DNA from: Candidatus Saccharimonadota bacterium
GTDB taxonomy: Bacteria; Patescibacteriota; Saccharimonadia; Saccharimonadales; Saccharimonadaceae
DNA length: 64,000 bases
Reading direction: 5' to 3'
Assembly (NCBI GenBank): GCA_017405225.1
Contig: JAFRAV010000010.1
Location: 1,862-65,861 of the forward strand
Part shown: piece by piece, positions 40,570 through 50,369 of the stretch
How the letters are laid out: every line of letters begins with the position of its first letter
How positions within the stretch are numbered: position 1 is the first letter of the stretch
Program-made: the position numbers and the translations under genes
Notes under the pieces: generated by a model
Told to the model about the DNA's origin: nothing
Seen by the model: the letters and a program-made list of their open reading frames with translations, nothing else
Databases searched by the model: none

Positions 40570-40592
40570 ATACATATCTATTTTATCAGATT

Positions 40593-41981
40593 TTACTTAT
40601 TTGTCAATAATAATTTCTTGGCGGCAACTCTTACTAAGTTATTCCAATCATTTTCTTTGTGAGGCGTACTTGCTACTTCTATTAATGGAAGATTGTGGCG
40701 AATAGCTAGGGCTATTTCTTGTAAAACTTCTGAGGCATTTGGGCCTATCATGGCTGCACCCAAAATTTTGCCCTGGCTATCAGCGAGGATTTTGATAAAT
40801 CCAGCAGTTTCGTCATGGACTATTGAGGCAGTAATAGACGAGAGCGGAATAATAACTTTGCGATATTTGCGGTGGCGTTTTAGCAAGTCATCTTCTGTTA
40901 ATCCAACAATGGCGAGCTGTGGGTCAGTATCCATACAACGCATAAAACCATCATAGTTTACAAAAGTTTTTGTGCGATCTAGCATATTCATTACTGCTAC
41001 TTCTCCAGTATAGATAGCTCTCTCAGTGGAGCTATGGGTATCAATTACTCCGCCTATGGCATAGACATTTCTGTTGCTAGTTTGCAAGGTCCGGTCTACC
41101 ACAATGCCTTTTTTATCAAAACTAACACCAGCATTTGGCAAATCCAAGTCTGTATTAGGTTTGTAACCGGTAGCTAGTACAACTGTTTCTACGCGTACGG
41201 TTTTTTCTTCTCCTCCGCGCATAAAAGAGACGCGCGTAAGGGAGTTGTCCTTCTGGAGTGAGGTAACTCTTGTTCCGGTAAATATTTTCACGTTACAACG
41301 TTTTGTCAAATGTTGATAGATTACCTTGCTGATATCTTCGTCTTCGCTAGGCAAAATCCTGTCCGATAGCTCTACAATTACCACCTTTGCCCCAAGTGAT
41401 GAGTAATATTGGGCAATCTCGCAACCAGTTGTACCACCTCCAACTATCAAAGCGGCTTTTGGTGGGCGAACAACGGATAGGGCAGAATTTGGTGTAAGGA
41501 ATGGTACGACATCAATCCCAGAAATCCCATTAGTTTCCAAAACTGTACCTGTTGCAACGATAAATTTGCTAGCTGATACTGTCTTGATTTTTTCGTTGCC
41601 GTCTATAGCAAGGTCATAATTGCCAATAAATCTTGCGCGGCCTTGAATTACTGCTACACCAAGCGTGTCTAAATCGTGTTTTGCGGTGGTATTAGCTTTT
41701 ATGATGGATTTTTGGCGCCATGCTTGCAAAATGTTATAATCGTATTTTAGGCTAGATGTTGATAAACCAAAGCGGTTACCAGCTATGGCTCTAGCATAGA
41801 GCTGAGTAATGTTAAATACCATAGAACTAGGCACATCATGAAACACGGTACTGTTACCGCCTAATAAGTTTTTTTCTACAATAGCTACCTTGCGACCGGC
41901 CTCTGCAAGCTGTTTAGCTGCAGTGATACCAGCAATCCCACCACCGATTACTATATACTCGTAGTCAAATCGTTTTCCCAT
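40593..41981 (-). CDS. FAD/NAD(P) pyridine nucleotide-disulfide oxidoreductase homolog (Lpd-like) lacking the redox disulfide
   Basis: GGGIAG, GGGTTG, ATGYKPN, VYAIGG; CxxxxC absent. Confidence 0.85.
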   Translation of the reverse strand: MGKRFDYEYIVIGGGIAGITAAKQLAEAGRKVAIVEKNLLGGNSTVFHDVPSSMVFNITQLYARAIAGNRFGLSTSSLKYDYNILQAWRQKSIIKANTTAKHDLDTLGVAVIQGRARFIGNYDLAIDGNEKIKTVSASKFIVATGTVLETNGISGIDVVPFLTPNSALSVVRPPKAALIVGGGTTGCEIAQYYSSLGAKVVIVELSDRILPSEDEDISKVIYQHLTKRCNVKIFTGTRVTSLQKDNSLTRVSFMRGGEEKTVRVETVVLATGYKPNTDLDLPNAGVSFDKKGIVVDRTLQTSNRNVYAIGGVIDTHSSTERAIYTGEVAVMNMLDRTKTFVNYDGFMRCMDTDPQLAIVGLTEDDLLKRHRKYRKVIIPLSSITASIVHDETAGFIKILADSQGKILGAAMIGPNASEVLQEIALAIRHNLPLIEVASTPHKENDWNNLVRVAAKKLLLTNK

Positions 41982-42230
41982 TTAGATTATTTTACCACGA
42001 TTTTGGTAAACAAACGAGAGGTCCTTATTGTATGGCCTAATTTCTTTGGCGATTGTGATATTTAAATCTTCTTTAGTGACAGATGATTTCTGAGCTTTTT
42101 TCTCTAGTTTACTTATTACTTTGGCAGAAACAATTTTGGCGATTTCTCTTGAATGTATTACGGGTAGTCGCAAGATTTTTGCCTCGCGGATGATGTCTTC
42201 AGAGATTGATTTTTCGCTCACCTTTACCAT
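41982..42230 (-). CDS. Small basic hypothetical protein
   Basis: 82-aa ORF tightly packed between co-oriented genes. Confidence 0.65.
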   Translation of the reverse strand: MVKVSEKSISEDIIREAKILRLPVIHSREIAKIVSAKVISKLEKKAQKSSVTKEDLNITIAKEIRPYNKDLSFVYQNRGKII

Positions 42231-42234
42231 ATCG

Positions 42235-42924
42235 CTAACCGCCGATTACCTTGAATGCTAGTATAAATAACCCTAATACTAAAAATCCTGTTCCAGACAC
42301 GATACGAAGAAAAGTCTTATTACGAATACGCCATTTTTGGATTTCTGCTGTGGTGTCACCTCTACGAATTGCAATACGTAAGATGGCAAGTGGAAGAATA
42401 GATATCACAGAATAAATAACTAAGTACAATATCTGAAGCCCCTCTGACAAAGAAATAATACTATTGGCAGCAACGGTAATTAGTATAAAAGTAAATGGCG
42501 CTTCTGCAAAACATGCCAACATGCCAAGTCCAAAGGCTTCTGTATTGCTATTGGTAGCTTTGGCACGATTGTCTATGTATCTTGCAACGGACTTGGGTAG
42601 CCATAACTCTGTGCTTTTGCCCCAACGATAATAAAATGTCCAAATACTTACAGCGAGTGCGGCTAGAAGCATAGTGATGATTGTAAGCATAGCGGGGTTC
42701 ATTGGCCCTTGAAACACTATATCTACCCCAAAACACATGGCGGCAACTGCAAGCGCAGTTAAGAGTATGTTACCAAAAATGTAATTAGTAGCTAACTGAC
42801 GGGTTTTCTTGCGTACATGCTTGCCTAGGCTTGAGTGATACAGCAAAAGCAGCGCTCCAATACCAAGTTGTAATGTGGCATGCACAATGGCTGCAAGTAG
42901 AATTACAAACATATCAGGATTCAT
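42235..42924 (-). CDS. Polytopic hypothetical membrane protein
   Basis: About six TMs; TGCTATAAT 6 nt upstream of the ATG. Confidence 0.75.
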   Translation of the reverse strand: MNPDMFVILLAAIVHATLQLGIGALLLLYHSSLGKHVRKKTRQLATNYIFGNILLTALAVAAMCFGVDIVFQGPMNPAMLTIITMLLAALAVSIWTFYYRWGKSTELWLPKSVARYIDNRAKATNSNTEAFGLGMLACFAEAPFTFILITVAANSIISLSEGLQILYLVIYSVISILPLAILRIAIRRGDTTAEIQKWRIRNKTFLRIVSGTGFLVLGLFILAFKVIGG

Positions 42925-43004
42925 ACTCTAATTATAGCATAATCATTATAAAAAAGTATCAGGCTTATGCTTGATGTTTATTGTCTTCGTGCTACATTAA
43001 TAAT

Positions 43005-44705
43005 ATGCACATTTTACAATTCAAGAAAGCGATGCTTCTTCTGCCGGTAGTGTTGGCTTTGGGTATAACTAGTGTGTCAGGTAATATGGTATTAGCACTA
43101 GGGACCTTGGGTAGTATGTGGTCTGGCATGCCTACTCTAGAAACATTATCGCTGGAAGAAGATTTGGCTGTCGTTTCTCCCAGTACAGACCAAGAGACAG
43201 CAGGTATAATAGCAGAAGATGTAGTATTGCCAAGTACAGATACTATTGCTATCCATGCTATTAGTCCCGGATATACCACAGATGCAGGGAAAAATAGCGG
43301 CGAGCTGATTGAACTTGTAAAAATATCCAAACAGAATATAGACTTGGGCGGACTATCTATCATTTACACGGCTAAACCCACCAGTACGGAATCAGTTGGT
43401 AAGTCTACTATTTTGTATGAGTTTCCGATAGGTAGCAAGATGATAGGAGAATCAATTTTGTTAAGATATAATGATTCTCCTGAGGTGTTGGCCGCTATCA
43501 CTGATGATGAGCATGGCAGCTTTGCAAGTGTAGCGGATTTAACATATAGTACATCACTTGCCATGTATGGCTCTTTATCTCTTATTTATAAAGATACACC
43601 AAATTCCACAGGAGAGGTTATTAGCGCGGTTTGTTGGCTAGGCGGAGAAAATTGTTTGCCATACTTTTCTACTACAGTAAAATCACGCTCATATACTACA
43701 ATTGTCCGTAATGATGATACCGGTGATTATTATCATACTAATGAGCCAAATTTGCTATTCCAGTCATCGTCTCCTGGTTTATTTCTGCCGCCTAGTGAGG
43801 TAGAATCGGATGAAGAAACGGATACTAGTACAAATGACAGTGAGTTTTCTAGGATCTCCGCCGATATAACGCTGTCGCCTTGTTTTGGGTTGAGATTTTC
43901 TGAGATACTTAGCTACTACACTGATGAGCCATCTGAACAATTCATAGAAATTGTCAATTCGTCTAACCATGTAATTTCTCTGTCGCGATGCGCTATTCGC
44001 TACAAGTCCAAGAACTATAAAATAATACTAGGCAACGAAGATTATTCACTTGCGGCGGATGATTATTATGTTATAAATCCCAATCCAATGTTTAGGTTAA
44101 CTAAAAATCCCACTACAGAAAATCTTTTGGAGCTAGTGGATGTAGGTGATGGATGGGGTGATGATTATGTTGTGGTAGCTAGTCTGGCTTATCCGCATGG
44201 GCAGAAAAAATCTGCTGCATATGCTATGATTGGCTATAATTCTTATGGCGAGGAGGAGTGGCAGACCACTTTTTTGCCAACGCCAGGCAGCTCTAATATT
44301 CCGCAAGAGTTTAAAACTTGCCCGGCCGGAAAAATAATTAATGAGCTAACAGGGAATTGCGTCAATGCCTCTACGCTATCAACTCTACTGAAAGATTGTG
44401 GAGAGGGCAAATATCGTAATCCAGAAACCGGGCGTTGTAAATCCTACAACGATTCAGGAGAAACCAATGCTTGCAAGGAGGGATATGAGCGTAACCCAGA
44501 AACTGGCCGTTGTCGCAAAATTAAAGACAACAATGGAGCGGACTATCCACTTGTGCCAATCACTGGAGTAGAAGAGCACAGCTCGTTTATTGCCATCTGG
44601 GCAATTGTGGGGATTGGTGTAATTGGGCTGGGCTATGTAGTATTCCAGTTCCGCAAAGAAATAGTCTATTTTACTCGTCGGATAATTGTAAAAATCAAAA
44701 AATAA
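43005..44705 (+). CDS. Surface protein with lamin-tail-like domains, Cys-rich repeats and C-terminal TM anchor
   Basis: ELIELVK and FSEIL...EQFIEIVN motifs; three C-x-x-G...RNPETGRC-type repeats; start moved to ATG 43005. Confidence 0.7.
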   Translation: MHILQFKKAMLLLPVVLALGITSVSGNMVLALGTLGSMWSGMPTLETLSLEEDLAVVSPSTDQETAGIIAEDVVLPSTDTIAIHAISPGYTTDAGKNSGELIELVKISKQNIDLGGLSIIYTAKPTSTESVGKSTILYEFPIGSKMIGESILLRYNDSPEVLAAITDDEHGSFASVADLTYSTSLAMYGSLSLIYKDTPNSTGEVISAVCWLGGENCLPYFSTTVKSRSYTTIVRNDDTGDYYHTNEPNLLFQSSSPGLFLPPSEVESDEETDTSTNDSEFSRISADITLSPCFGLRFSEILSYYTDEPSEQFIEIVNSSNHVISLSRCAIRYKSKNYKIILGNEDYSLAADDYYVINPNPMFRLTKNPTTENLLELVDVGDGWGDDYVVVASLAYPHGQKKSAAYAMIGYNSYGEEEWQTTFLPTPGSSNIPQEFKTCPAGKIINELTGNCVNASTLSTLLKDCGEGKYRNPETGRCKSYNDSGETNACKEGYERNPETGRCRKIKDNNGADYPLVPITGVEEHSSFIAIWAIVGIGVIGLGYVVFQFRKEIVYFTRRIIVKIKK

Positions 44706-44707
44706 AA

Positions 44708-44740
44708 GAATACCTCTATGAACATGACATAGAGGTATTC
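44708..44740. terminator. Hairpin terminator between convergent genes
   Basis: GAATACCTCTATG-AACATGA-CATAGAGGTATTC, perfect 13-bp stem. Confidence 0.8.
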
Positions 44741-44765
44741 TAATTATTACTAGTTTGTAGTTTTG

Positions 44766-46670
44766 TTATTTATCTACAACTTCGCCTTCTACTGGCTCAT
44801 CGCCGCCATCAGATTTTTTATCTGATGTATCGTCAGATTTGGCGTTTTTGCCATCTTCTTTTGCGGCTTGCTGATACATTTTAGCGCCAATTGGCATAAT
44901 CTTTTCTGACAACTCACTAGCTGCTTTTTCTAGAGTTTCTTTGTCAGCATCTTTATCATCCAAGACCTTTTTGGCTTCTGCTACAGCATCGTTAATTGTT
45001 TTGGTGTCTTCTTCAGAGATTTTGTCTTTGTACTCTTTTGGCATTTTTTCTGCTTGGTAGATAGCATTTTCTAGATGGTTTTTAGCATCTATGCTCTCAC
45101 GTTTTTTCTTGTCTTCATCTGCATGTGCTTCAGCCTCTTTTTGGGCCTTCTCAATATCTTCTTTACTCATGTTGCCAGAGTTTTGGATGGTGATGGACTG
45201 CTCTTTTCCAGTGCCCTTGTCCTTGGCTGTAACATTAAGAATACCGTTTGCATCAATGTTGAACGTTACCTCAATCTGAGGAATGCCACGTGGTGCTGGT
45301 GCAATGCCATCAAGGATAAAGCGACCAAGCGATTTATTATCAGCGGCAAACTCACGCTCGCCCTGAAGTACGTGGATTTCTACTTGTGGCTGGTTGTCTG
45401 ATGCAGTAGAGAACACCTCAGACTTGCTGGTAGGAATTGTAGTATTGCGGTCAATCAGTGGCGTACGAACACCGCCCATGGTCTCAATACCAAGTGTTAA
45501 TGGAGTGACGTCTAGAAGAAGTACATCCTTAACATCTCCCTGAAGGACACCACCTTGGATGGCGGCGCCTACAGCTACAACTTCATCTGGGTTTACGCCC
45601 TGCATTGGCTCTTTGCCAAAGATGCTTTTGACCTTTTCTACTACTGCTGGCATACGAGTCATGCCACCTACCATTACAACTTCGTCTATGTCAGATGCTT
45701 TCAGTTTGGCATCTTTTAGGGCTTTTTCTACTGGCTCGGCTAGACGGTCAAGTAGAGGAGCTACTAGTTCTTCTAATTTGGCGCGGGTAAGTGTGTGCTC
45801 AAAATGTTTTGGACCTTCTGCATCGGCAGTAAGAAATGGTAGATTAATATCTGTAGAGGTAGCAGAAGATAGCTCTTTCTTGGCTTTTTCTGCCTCGTCT
45901 TTGATACGTTGCATTGCTGCAGCGTCATCACGCACATCAATGCCAGATTCTTTTTTGAACTCATCCAATAGATAGTTGACAATGATATTATCAAAATCTT
46001 CACCGCCCAAATGAGTATCACCATTGGTAGACTTTACCTCAAATACACCATCACCTAATTCTAGGATAGATACATCAAATGTACCACCACCAAGGTCAAA
46101 TACGGCAATTTGCTCATCCTTCTTATTTTCTAGACCATAAGCAAGAGCGGCGGCGGTAGGCTCGTTGATGATACGCTTAACCTCTAGGCCAGCAATTTTG
46201 CCAGCATCCTTGGTGGCCTGGCGCTGTGAATCATCAAAGTAGGCAGGTACAGTAATGATTGCTTCAGTAACTTTTTCTCCTAGGAAAGCCTCAGCATCGG
46301 CTTTGATTTTAGAGAGCACCATAGCAGATATTTCTTCTGGAGTGTAGTTTTTGCCATCCATCTCTACAGCAGCCTGGCTACCTTTTTTGGTAATTTTGTA
46401 TGGCATAATATCTAAGTCGTGCTGGACTTCTTTGTCGTCATATTTACGACCAATTAGACGTTTGATGCCATAAATAGTATTCTTTGGGTTAGTAACGCGT
46501 TGGCGCTGAGCAACTTTACCAACTAGGCGCTCGCCTTTCTTGGTAACGGCTACTACAGATGGCGTGGTGCGATCACCCTCGCTGTTAGTAATAACCTCTG
46601 GCTTGCCAGCTACCATGTAGGCAAAGGCAGAGTTGGTTGTACCTAAGTCAATACCGATGATTTTGCTCAT
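44766..46670 (-). CDS. dnaK: Chaperone DnaK (Hsp70)
   Basis: [43 protein letters not shown]. Confidence 0.98.
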   Translation of the reverse strand: MSKIIGIDLGTTNSAFAYMVAGKPEVITNSEGDRTTPSVVAVTKKGERLVGKVAQRQRVTNPKNTIYGIKRLIGRKYDDKEVQHDLDIMPYKITKKGSQAAVEMDGKNYTPEEISAMVLSKIKADAEAFLGEKVTEAIITVPAYFDDSQRQATKDAGKIAGLEVKRIINEPTAAALAYGLENKKDEQIAVFDLGGGTFDVSILELGDGVFEVKSTNGDTHLGGEDFDNIIVNYLLDEFKKESGIDVRDDAAAMQRIKDEAEKAKKELSSATSTDINLPFLTADAEGPKHFEHTLTRAKLEELVAPLLDRLAEPVEKALKDAKLKASDIDEVVMVGGMTRMPAVVEKVKSIFGKEPMQGVNPDEVVAVGAAIQGGVLQGDVKDVLLLDVTPLTLGIETMGGVRTPLIDRNTTIPTSKSEVFSTASDNQPQVEIHVLQGEREFAADNKSLGRFILDGIAPAPRGIPQIEVTFNIDANGILNVTAKDKGTGKEQSITIQNSGNMSKEDIEKAQKEAEAHADEDKKKRESIDAKNHLENAIYQAEKMPKEYKDKISEEDTKTINDAVAEAKKVLDDKDADKETLEKAASELSEKIMPIGAKMYQQAAKEDGKNAKSDDTSDKKSDGGDEPVEGEVVDK

Positions 46671-46706
46671 GTTTCTTCCTTTCTTTTATGCTTAATCTGT
46701 TGGATT

Positions 46707-46733
46707 TTAGCACTCGTTATGTCCGACTGCTAA
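46707..46733. promoter_or_regulatory. CIRCE element (one mismatch) in the dnaK leader
   Basis: TTAGCACTC-N9-GACTGCTAA. Confidence 0.8.
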
Positions 46734-46744
46734 TTCTTAGCTCT

Positions 46745-46782
46745 ATTGTAGCAAATTAGCACTCTACTGTCAAGAGTGCTAA
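46745..46782 (-). promoter_or_regulatory. dnaK promoter overlapped by a perfect CIRCE
   Basis: TTAGCACTC-N9-GAGTGCTAA at 46756-46782; minus-strand TTGACA (46768-46773), 17 nt, TACAAT (46745-46750). Confidence 0.92.
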
Positions 46783-46807
46783 TACAGGGGTAAAACTAAA
46801 AAACTGG

Positions 46808-47374
46808 TTATTGTTTGTGACGTTTTGTTGGTGGAAATGCTAGCACCGTGCCAATAATGCCACCAATTAGAGCTACAATAATATCATACATAGTATCCTC
46901 TAGGCCTGGCGTGATTAGTTCCTGCATATGACCGCCGGTGATTTGGTCGTAAGAGAATTCGTAACATTCCCATAGTACTGCCACTAATGCTACAAAACCC
47001 ATGGAAAATAACACCTTAAACCATAGCTGGTCTGGCTTGCCTGATGCCTGGTCTAATAACTCACGTGCGCCAAATGCAGTTAGTACGCCAGATAGAGTAT
47101 GGACTATCTTGTCATATGGAGCTACTAATTTGTATAAATCTAAGTCTATTCCTACTACCATTGCTGCAACTAGAAATAGAAGATATGCTATTTCTATACG
47201 CTTGGACATTTTAAGCCCAATAAATCTAAGAAAATCAATACCAAATGGCAATACCATTGTCACTAAGTAACTTAATATTTTAGGAAAATTAGTGCCTGGA
47301 ATAAAATGTAAAATGGCTAATGTGGCACCTGATAATACAATGGCTACTTTTAAGAATCTTATTACACTTTTCAT
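46808..47374 (-). CDS. Hypothetical membrane protein (YjdF/DUF2238-like)
   Basis: YDKIVHTLSG, LWECYEF, DTMYDII. Confidence 0.65.
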   Translation of the reverse strand: MKSVIRFLKVAIVLSGATLAILHFIPGTNFPKILSYLVTMVLPFGIDFLRFIGLKMSKRIEIAYLLFLVAAMVVGIDLDLYKLVAPYDKIVHTLSGVLTAFGARELLDQASGKPDQLWFKVLFSMGFVALVAVLWECYEFSYDQITGGHMQELITPGLEDTMYDIIVALIGGIIGTVLAFPPTKRHKQ

Positions 47375-47423
47375 ATAAATATGGTATCATAAAAGTAAGA
47401 ACTATATAAGGAGTATTTTAGTA

Positions 47424-48242
47424 ATGGATCGCGTATCTATGAAGGAACATGCAAAGGAGCAGATAGAAGGAAAGATTTTTATGCTCTTTGCCATCACAAT
47501 TATTGTAGCTGCGGCTACGTCCGCAATCGGTATGATTCTAGGCCCAGTGGCACCACTGATGTCATTAGTTATTAGCGGACCAATCACATTTGCTATGGAC
47601 TATATCTACCTTAGCGTTACTAGCAAATCTCGCATGCCACAAATAGAAGATTGTATCCTTGGCTTTAAGGGCGAGAATTTTACCCGTTCATTTATTGGCT
47701 ATCTTCGCTATTTCATTTTTACATTTTTGTGGAGCTTGCTATTTGTGATTCCTGGCATAATCAAAGCCATTGCCTATTCACAAATGTTTTACCTAATGGT
47801 AGAAGATGAGGACCTTGATCCTGCAGATGCGCAAAGACAATCTATGGCCTTAATGGACGGCCATAAGGGCGAATATTTTGTAATGATTCTTTCATTTATT
47901 CCTTGGATGCTACTTGGTGCAATTACTCTAGGCATTGCTTACATCTGGATTATCCCATATATGTCTACTACCTTTGCCGAGTATCATGTTCGCCTTGTAG
48001 AGGCCGCAGGTTCCAAGAAAAAAATTGCCAAAAAGGCAGAGGAAATCGCCAAGGAGAATAAGAAAGAATATAACAAAGACAAAGCCGAGTTTGATGCTGC
48101 TGTAGAAGAGGTTAAGAAATCCGTAGGCAAAGCATCTGCCGTAGTCAAAAAGAAGGCTAGCAAAGCAGTAGCAAAAGCCGCAGATTCTGTAGAAAAGAGT
48201 GCCAAAGAAATCAAAAAAGAGGCAAAAAAGTCCGCCAAATAA
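47424..48242 (+). CDS. DUF975-like membrane protein with Lys/Ala/Glu-rich tail
   Basis: LWSLLFVIPGIIKAIAYSQ, SMALMDGHKGEYF, WIIPY. Confidence 0.8.
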   Translation: MDRVSMKEHAKEQIEGKIFMLFAITIIVAAATSAIGMILGPVAPLMSLVISGPITFAMDYIYLSVTSKSRMPQIEDCILGFKGENFTRSFIGYLRYFIFTFLWSLLFVIPGIIKAIAYSQMFYLMVEDEDLDPADAQRQSMALMDGHKGEYFVMILSFIPWMLLGAITLGIAYIWIIPYMSTTFAEYHVRLVEAAGSKKKIAKKAEEIAKENKKEYNKDKAEFDAAVEEVKKSVGKASAVVKKKASKAVAKAADSVEKSAKEIKKEAKKSAK

Positions 48243-48255
48243 CAGCTGGCAGTTG

Positions 48256-48897
48256 CTAAATTTTAAGAATTGCAAGAGTCTCTCTAACCTGAAGGGTCGG
48301 AGAGATTTTTGTAGTGGCAAGCCACTCTTCTACCGCTTTGGCCACGCCTGGTAATTGAGGATTGTTATAATCATGTACTATCACGATGCTACCTGGCTGC
48401 AAACGAGGACTAACCAGGTCTAAACTGGTTTTGATAGATTGATATAAATCTCCGTCCAAAAAAGCAAAGGCAATTTTGTCTGGTAAATCATGAGAATTAG
48501 CTCCACTATCTAACTGATCAAAGAATCCTTTGCGAATACGCGGAACTTTTAGTCCGGCTTTCTTGAATCGTTCTACTACCTCTTTTTTTGTCACTAGTAA
48601 TTCTCCGGCTTGGAAACTATCTCCCGCAACCGAAGAATCTTCAGACGTTTTTGGTGGTAAACCTTCAAAGGAATCATAAATCCATAAAAATTGCAGGCTG
48701 CCACCGTTTTTGTTATTTTCTTGCCTGCGTTGTTCAAGAAGTCGTTCCAAAAGTAGGGAAGTGTCTCCACGGTAACAGCCAAACTCGCAAAAATCCCCCT
48801 CGCCAGTACATTGTCTAGCGAGGGAGAGAATTATCTCGGTTTCTTTGTTGGAAACCTGTTGTGGCTCAGAGGCTTTGATGAAATTATTTTTTGACAT
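48256..48897 (-). CDS. TylF/MycF-family O-methyltransferase
   Basis: EFGCYRG, YDSFEGLP, FLDGDLYQS, HDYNN. Confidence 0.88.
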   Translation of the reverse strand: MSKNNFIKASEPQQVSNKETEIILSLARQCTGEGDFCEFGCYRGDTSLLLERLLEQRRQENNKNGGSLQFLWIYDSFEGLPPKTSEDSSVAGDSFQAGELLVTKKEVVERFKKAGLKVPRIRKGFFDQLDSGANSHDLPDKIAFAFLDGDLYQSIKTSLDLVSPRLQPGSIVIVHDYNNPQLPGVAKAVEEWLATTKISPTLQVRETLAILKI

Positions 48898-50137
48898 TAT
48901 TATTGACAGCGGCTTTATCTAGCTCATCTTTAGAAACATTGCCATCTTGGTTCTTATCAAGCAAGATACCTGCACGACGAATCATTTCTTCAAATTCATC
49001 AGTACGAATTACCCAAACTGGCTTACTGCCTTCAGCGGCAATATTAGTGTGGCGTTCTGGCATATCGCTGACGTTCTTCTTTTCGTCAATGGCAAAACCA
49101 AGATAACTAAGTTTTTGTGCTACCATGCGACGGATTTCGTCACTGCGTTCACCAATGGTGGCTGTAAAGACAATAGCGTCTACTCCACCTAATGAGGCTG
49201 CCATTTGACCAATGCAGCTTTGAACACGATAGACAAACATCGCGTGTGCAAAAGTACCTTTTTTATCGCCTTCATCACGAAGACGGATAATCTCGCGCAT
49301 ATCATCACTCTGGCCGGAAACACCTAATAAGCCACATTCTTTATTGAGGTATTTTTCTAGAGAATCATCTGATTCGTATCCAAGCGCTCGCTTAATTGCA
49401 AGGCCAGCCGACACGTCCATAGAGCCGGCGCGAGTAGCCATCATCAAACCTTCCAGTGGAGAATAGCCCATAGTAGTATCTAGTGATTTTCCCTCAAATA
49501 CGGCCGTAATAGAAGAACCAGAGCCCAAGTGGCAGACAATTAGTTTTTCTGGTAGGATATCTTGAGATTTCATATAATTAACGATAGAGCCCATAGACAA
49601 GCCATGGAAACCAAATCGCTTGATGTCGTTTTTATCTGCCAAATCTGTGTCAAACGCATAATATTTCATTAGATCTGGACGATCTGCATGAAACGCAGAA
49701 TCGGAGATAGAAAGAAGCGGAGTGGTCTTAAAAGATTTAGTGAAATGCTCAATTTCCCCAGCAACTACTGGGACATGCAAAGGCGCACGTTTTTTGGATT
49801 TTTCCAAATTCTTCAGATATTCGTCATCTACAATATGATCCTGGGTAAAATATTCGCCAGGAACAGCACCACGTACTAGAATAGCATCTAATGTAGTCAT
49901 TCCGCCAAGGTAACCCTCTTCAGTCAAAATGCGATTCAAATTTGCTACGGTAGATGTTAGCTCCTTAAAATCTTGCTTTAGGACTTTCTTTGTGCCATCA
50001 GCCTTTTTGAGTGTGCAAATGATATCTTTGCCCTCAAACTCAAAATGTAGGCTACAAACTAATTCTTGGCCTTTGTATAATGCGTATTTACGACTAGAAC
50101 TTCCTGGGTTTGTAATCAGGATTAATTTATTTTCCAT
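48884..50137 (-). CDS. ackA: Acetate kinase
   Basis: NPGSSSRKYAL, APLH, DSAFH, FGFHGLS, HLGSGSS, TMGYSPLEGL; ATG with SD. Confidence 0.92.
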   Translation of the reverse strand: MENKLILITNPGSSSRKYALYKGQELVCSLHFEFEGKDIICTLKKADGTKKVLKQDFKELTSTVANLNRILTEEGYLGGMTTLDAILVRGAVPGEYFTQDHIVDDEYLKNLEKSKKRAPLHVPVVAGEIEHFTKSFKTTPLLSISDSAFHADRPDLMKYYAFDTDLADKNDIKRFGFHGLSMGSIVNYMKSQDILPEKLIVCHLGSGSSITAVFEGKSLDTTMGYSPLEGLMMATRAGSMDVSAGLAIKRALGYESDDSLEKYLNKECGLLGVSGQSDDMREIIRLRDEGDKKGTFAHAMFVYRVQSCIGQMAASLGGVDAIVFTATIGERSDEIRRMVAQKLSYLGFAIDEKKNVSDMPERHTNIAAEGSKPVWVIRTDEFEEMIRRAGILLDKNQDGNVSKDELDKAAVNNNVKK

Positions 50138-50176
50138 CAAAAACTCCTTATTTTGTCCTTATTATACCACATTAAC

Positions 50177-50250
50177 ATGTGGTCTTCCCAGCCCAAATAA
50201 TTCTCACTACAGTAATTTTAAGTCATACAGGTTTAGCCTTGTCAAAATTA
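50177..50250 (+). repeat. Repeat R, copy 1
   Basis: ATGTGGTCTTCCCAGCCCAAATAATTCTCACTACAGTAATTTTAAGTCATACAGGTTTAGCCTTGTCAAAATTA. Confidence 0.95.
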
Positions 50251-50259
50251 CTTCCAATT

Positions 50260-50297
50260 CCTTATGAAATGAGATAGCTTCGCCTCATTTCATAAGG
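50260..50297. other. Perfect 14-bp hairpin at the centre of a long palindrome
   Basis: CCTTATGAAATGAG-ATAGCTTCGC-CTCATTTCATAAGG. Confidence 0.9.
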
Positions 50298-50307
50298 TAA
50301 TTGTGCA

Positions 50308-50367
50308 TAATTTTGACTAGGTAAAATCCGCTTTAATGACTTAAAATTACCGTAGCGAGAATATTTG
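50308..50367 (-). repeat. Repeat R, truncated divergent internal copy
   Basis: TAATTTTGA-19 nt-ATGACTTAAAATTACCGTAG-CGAGAATATTTG; the 20-mer core is identical to 50685-50704. Confidence 0.88.
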
Positions 50368-50369
50368 TC

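Noticed and set aside
50300-50330. Resemblance of TTGTGCATAA-TTTTGA-CTAGGTAAAAT to a dif (XerC/D) site
   Set aside because: Only the left arm resembles XerC; the right arm lacks TTATGTTAAAT and the other copies do not keep the pattern. Too weak to call.
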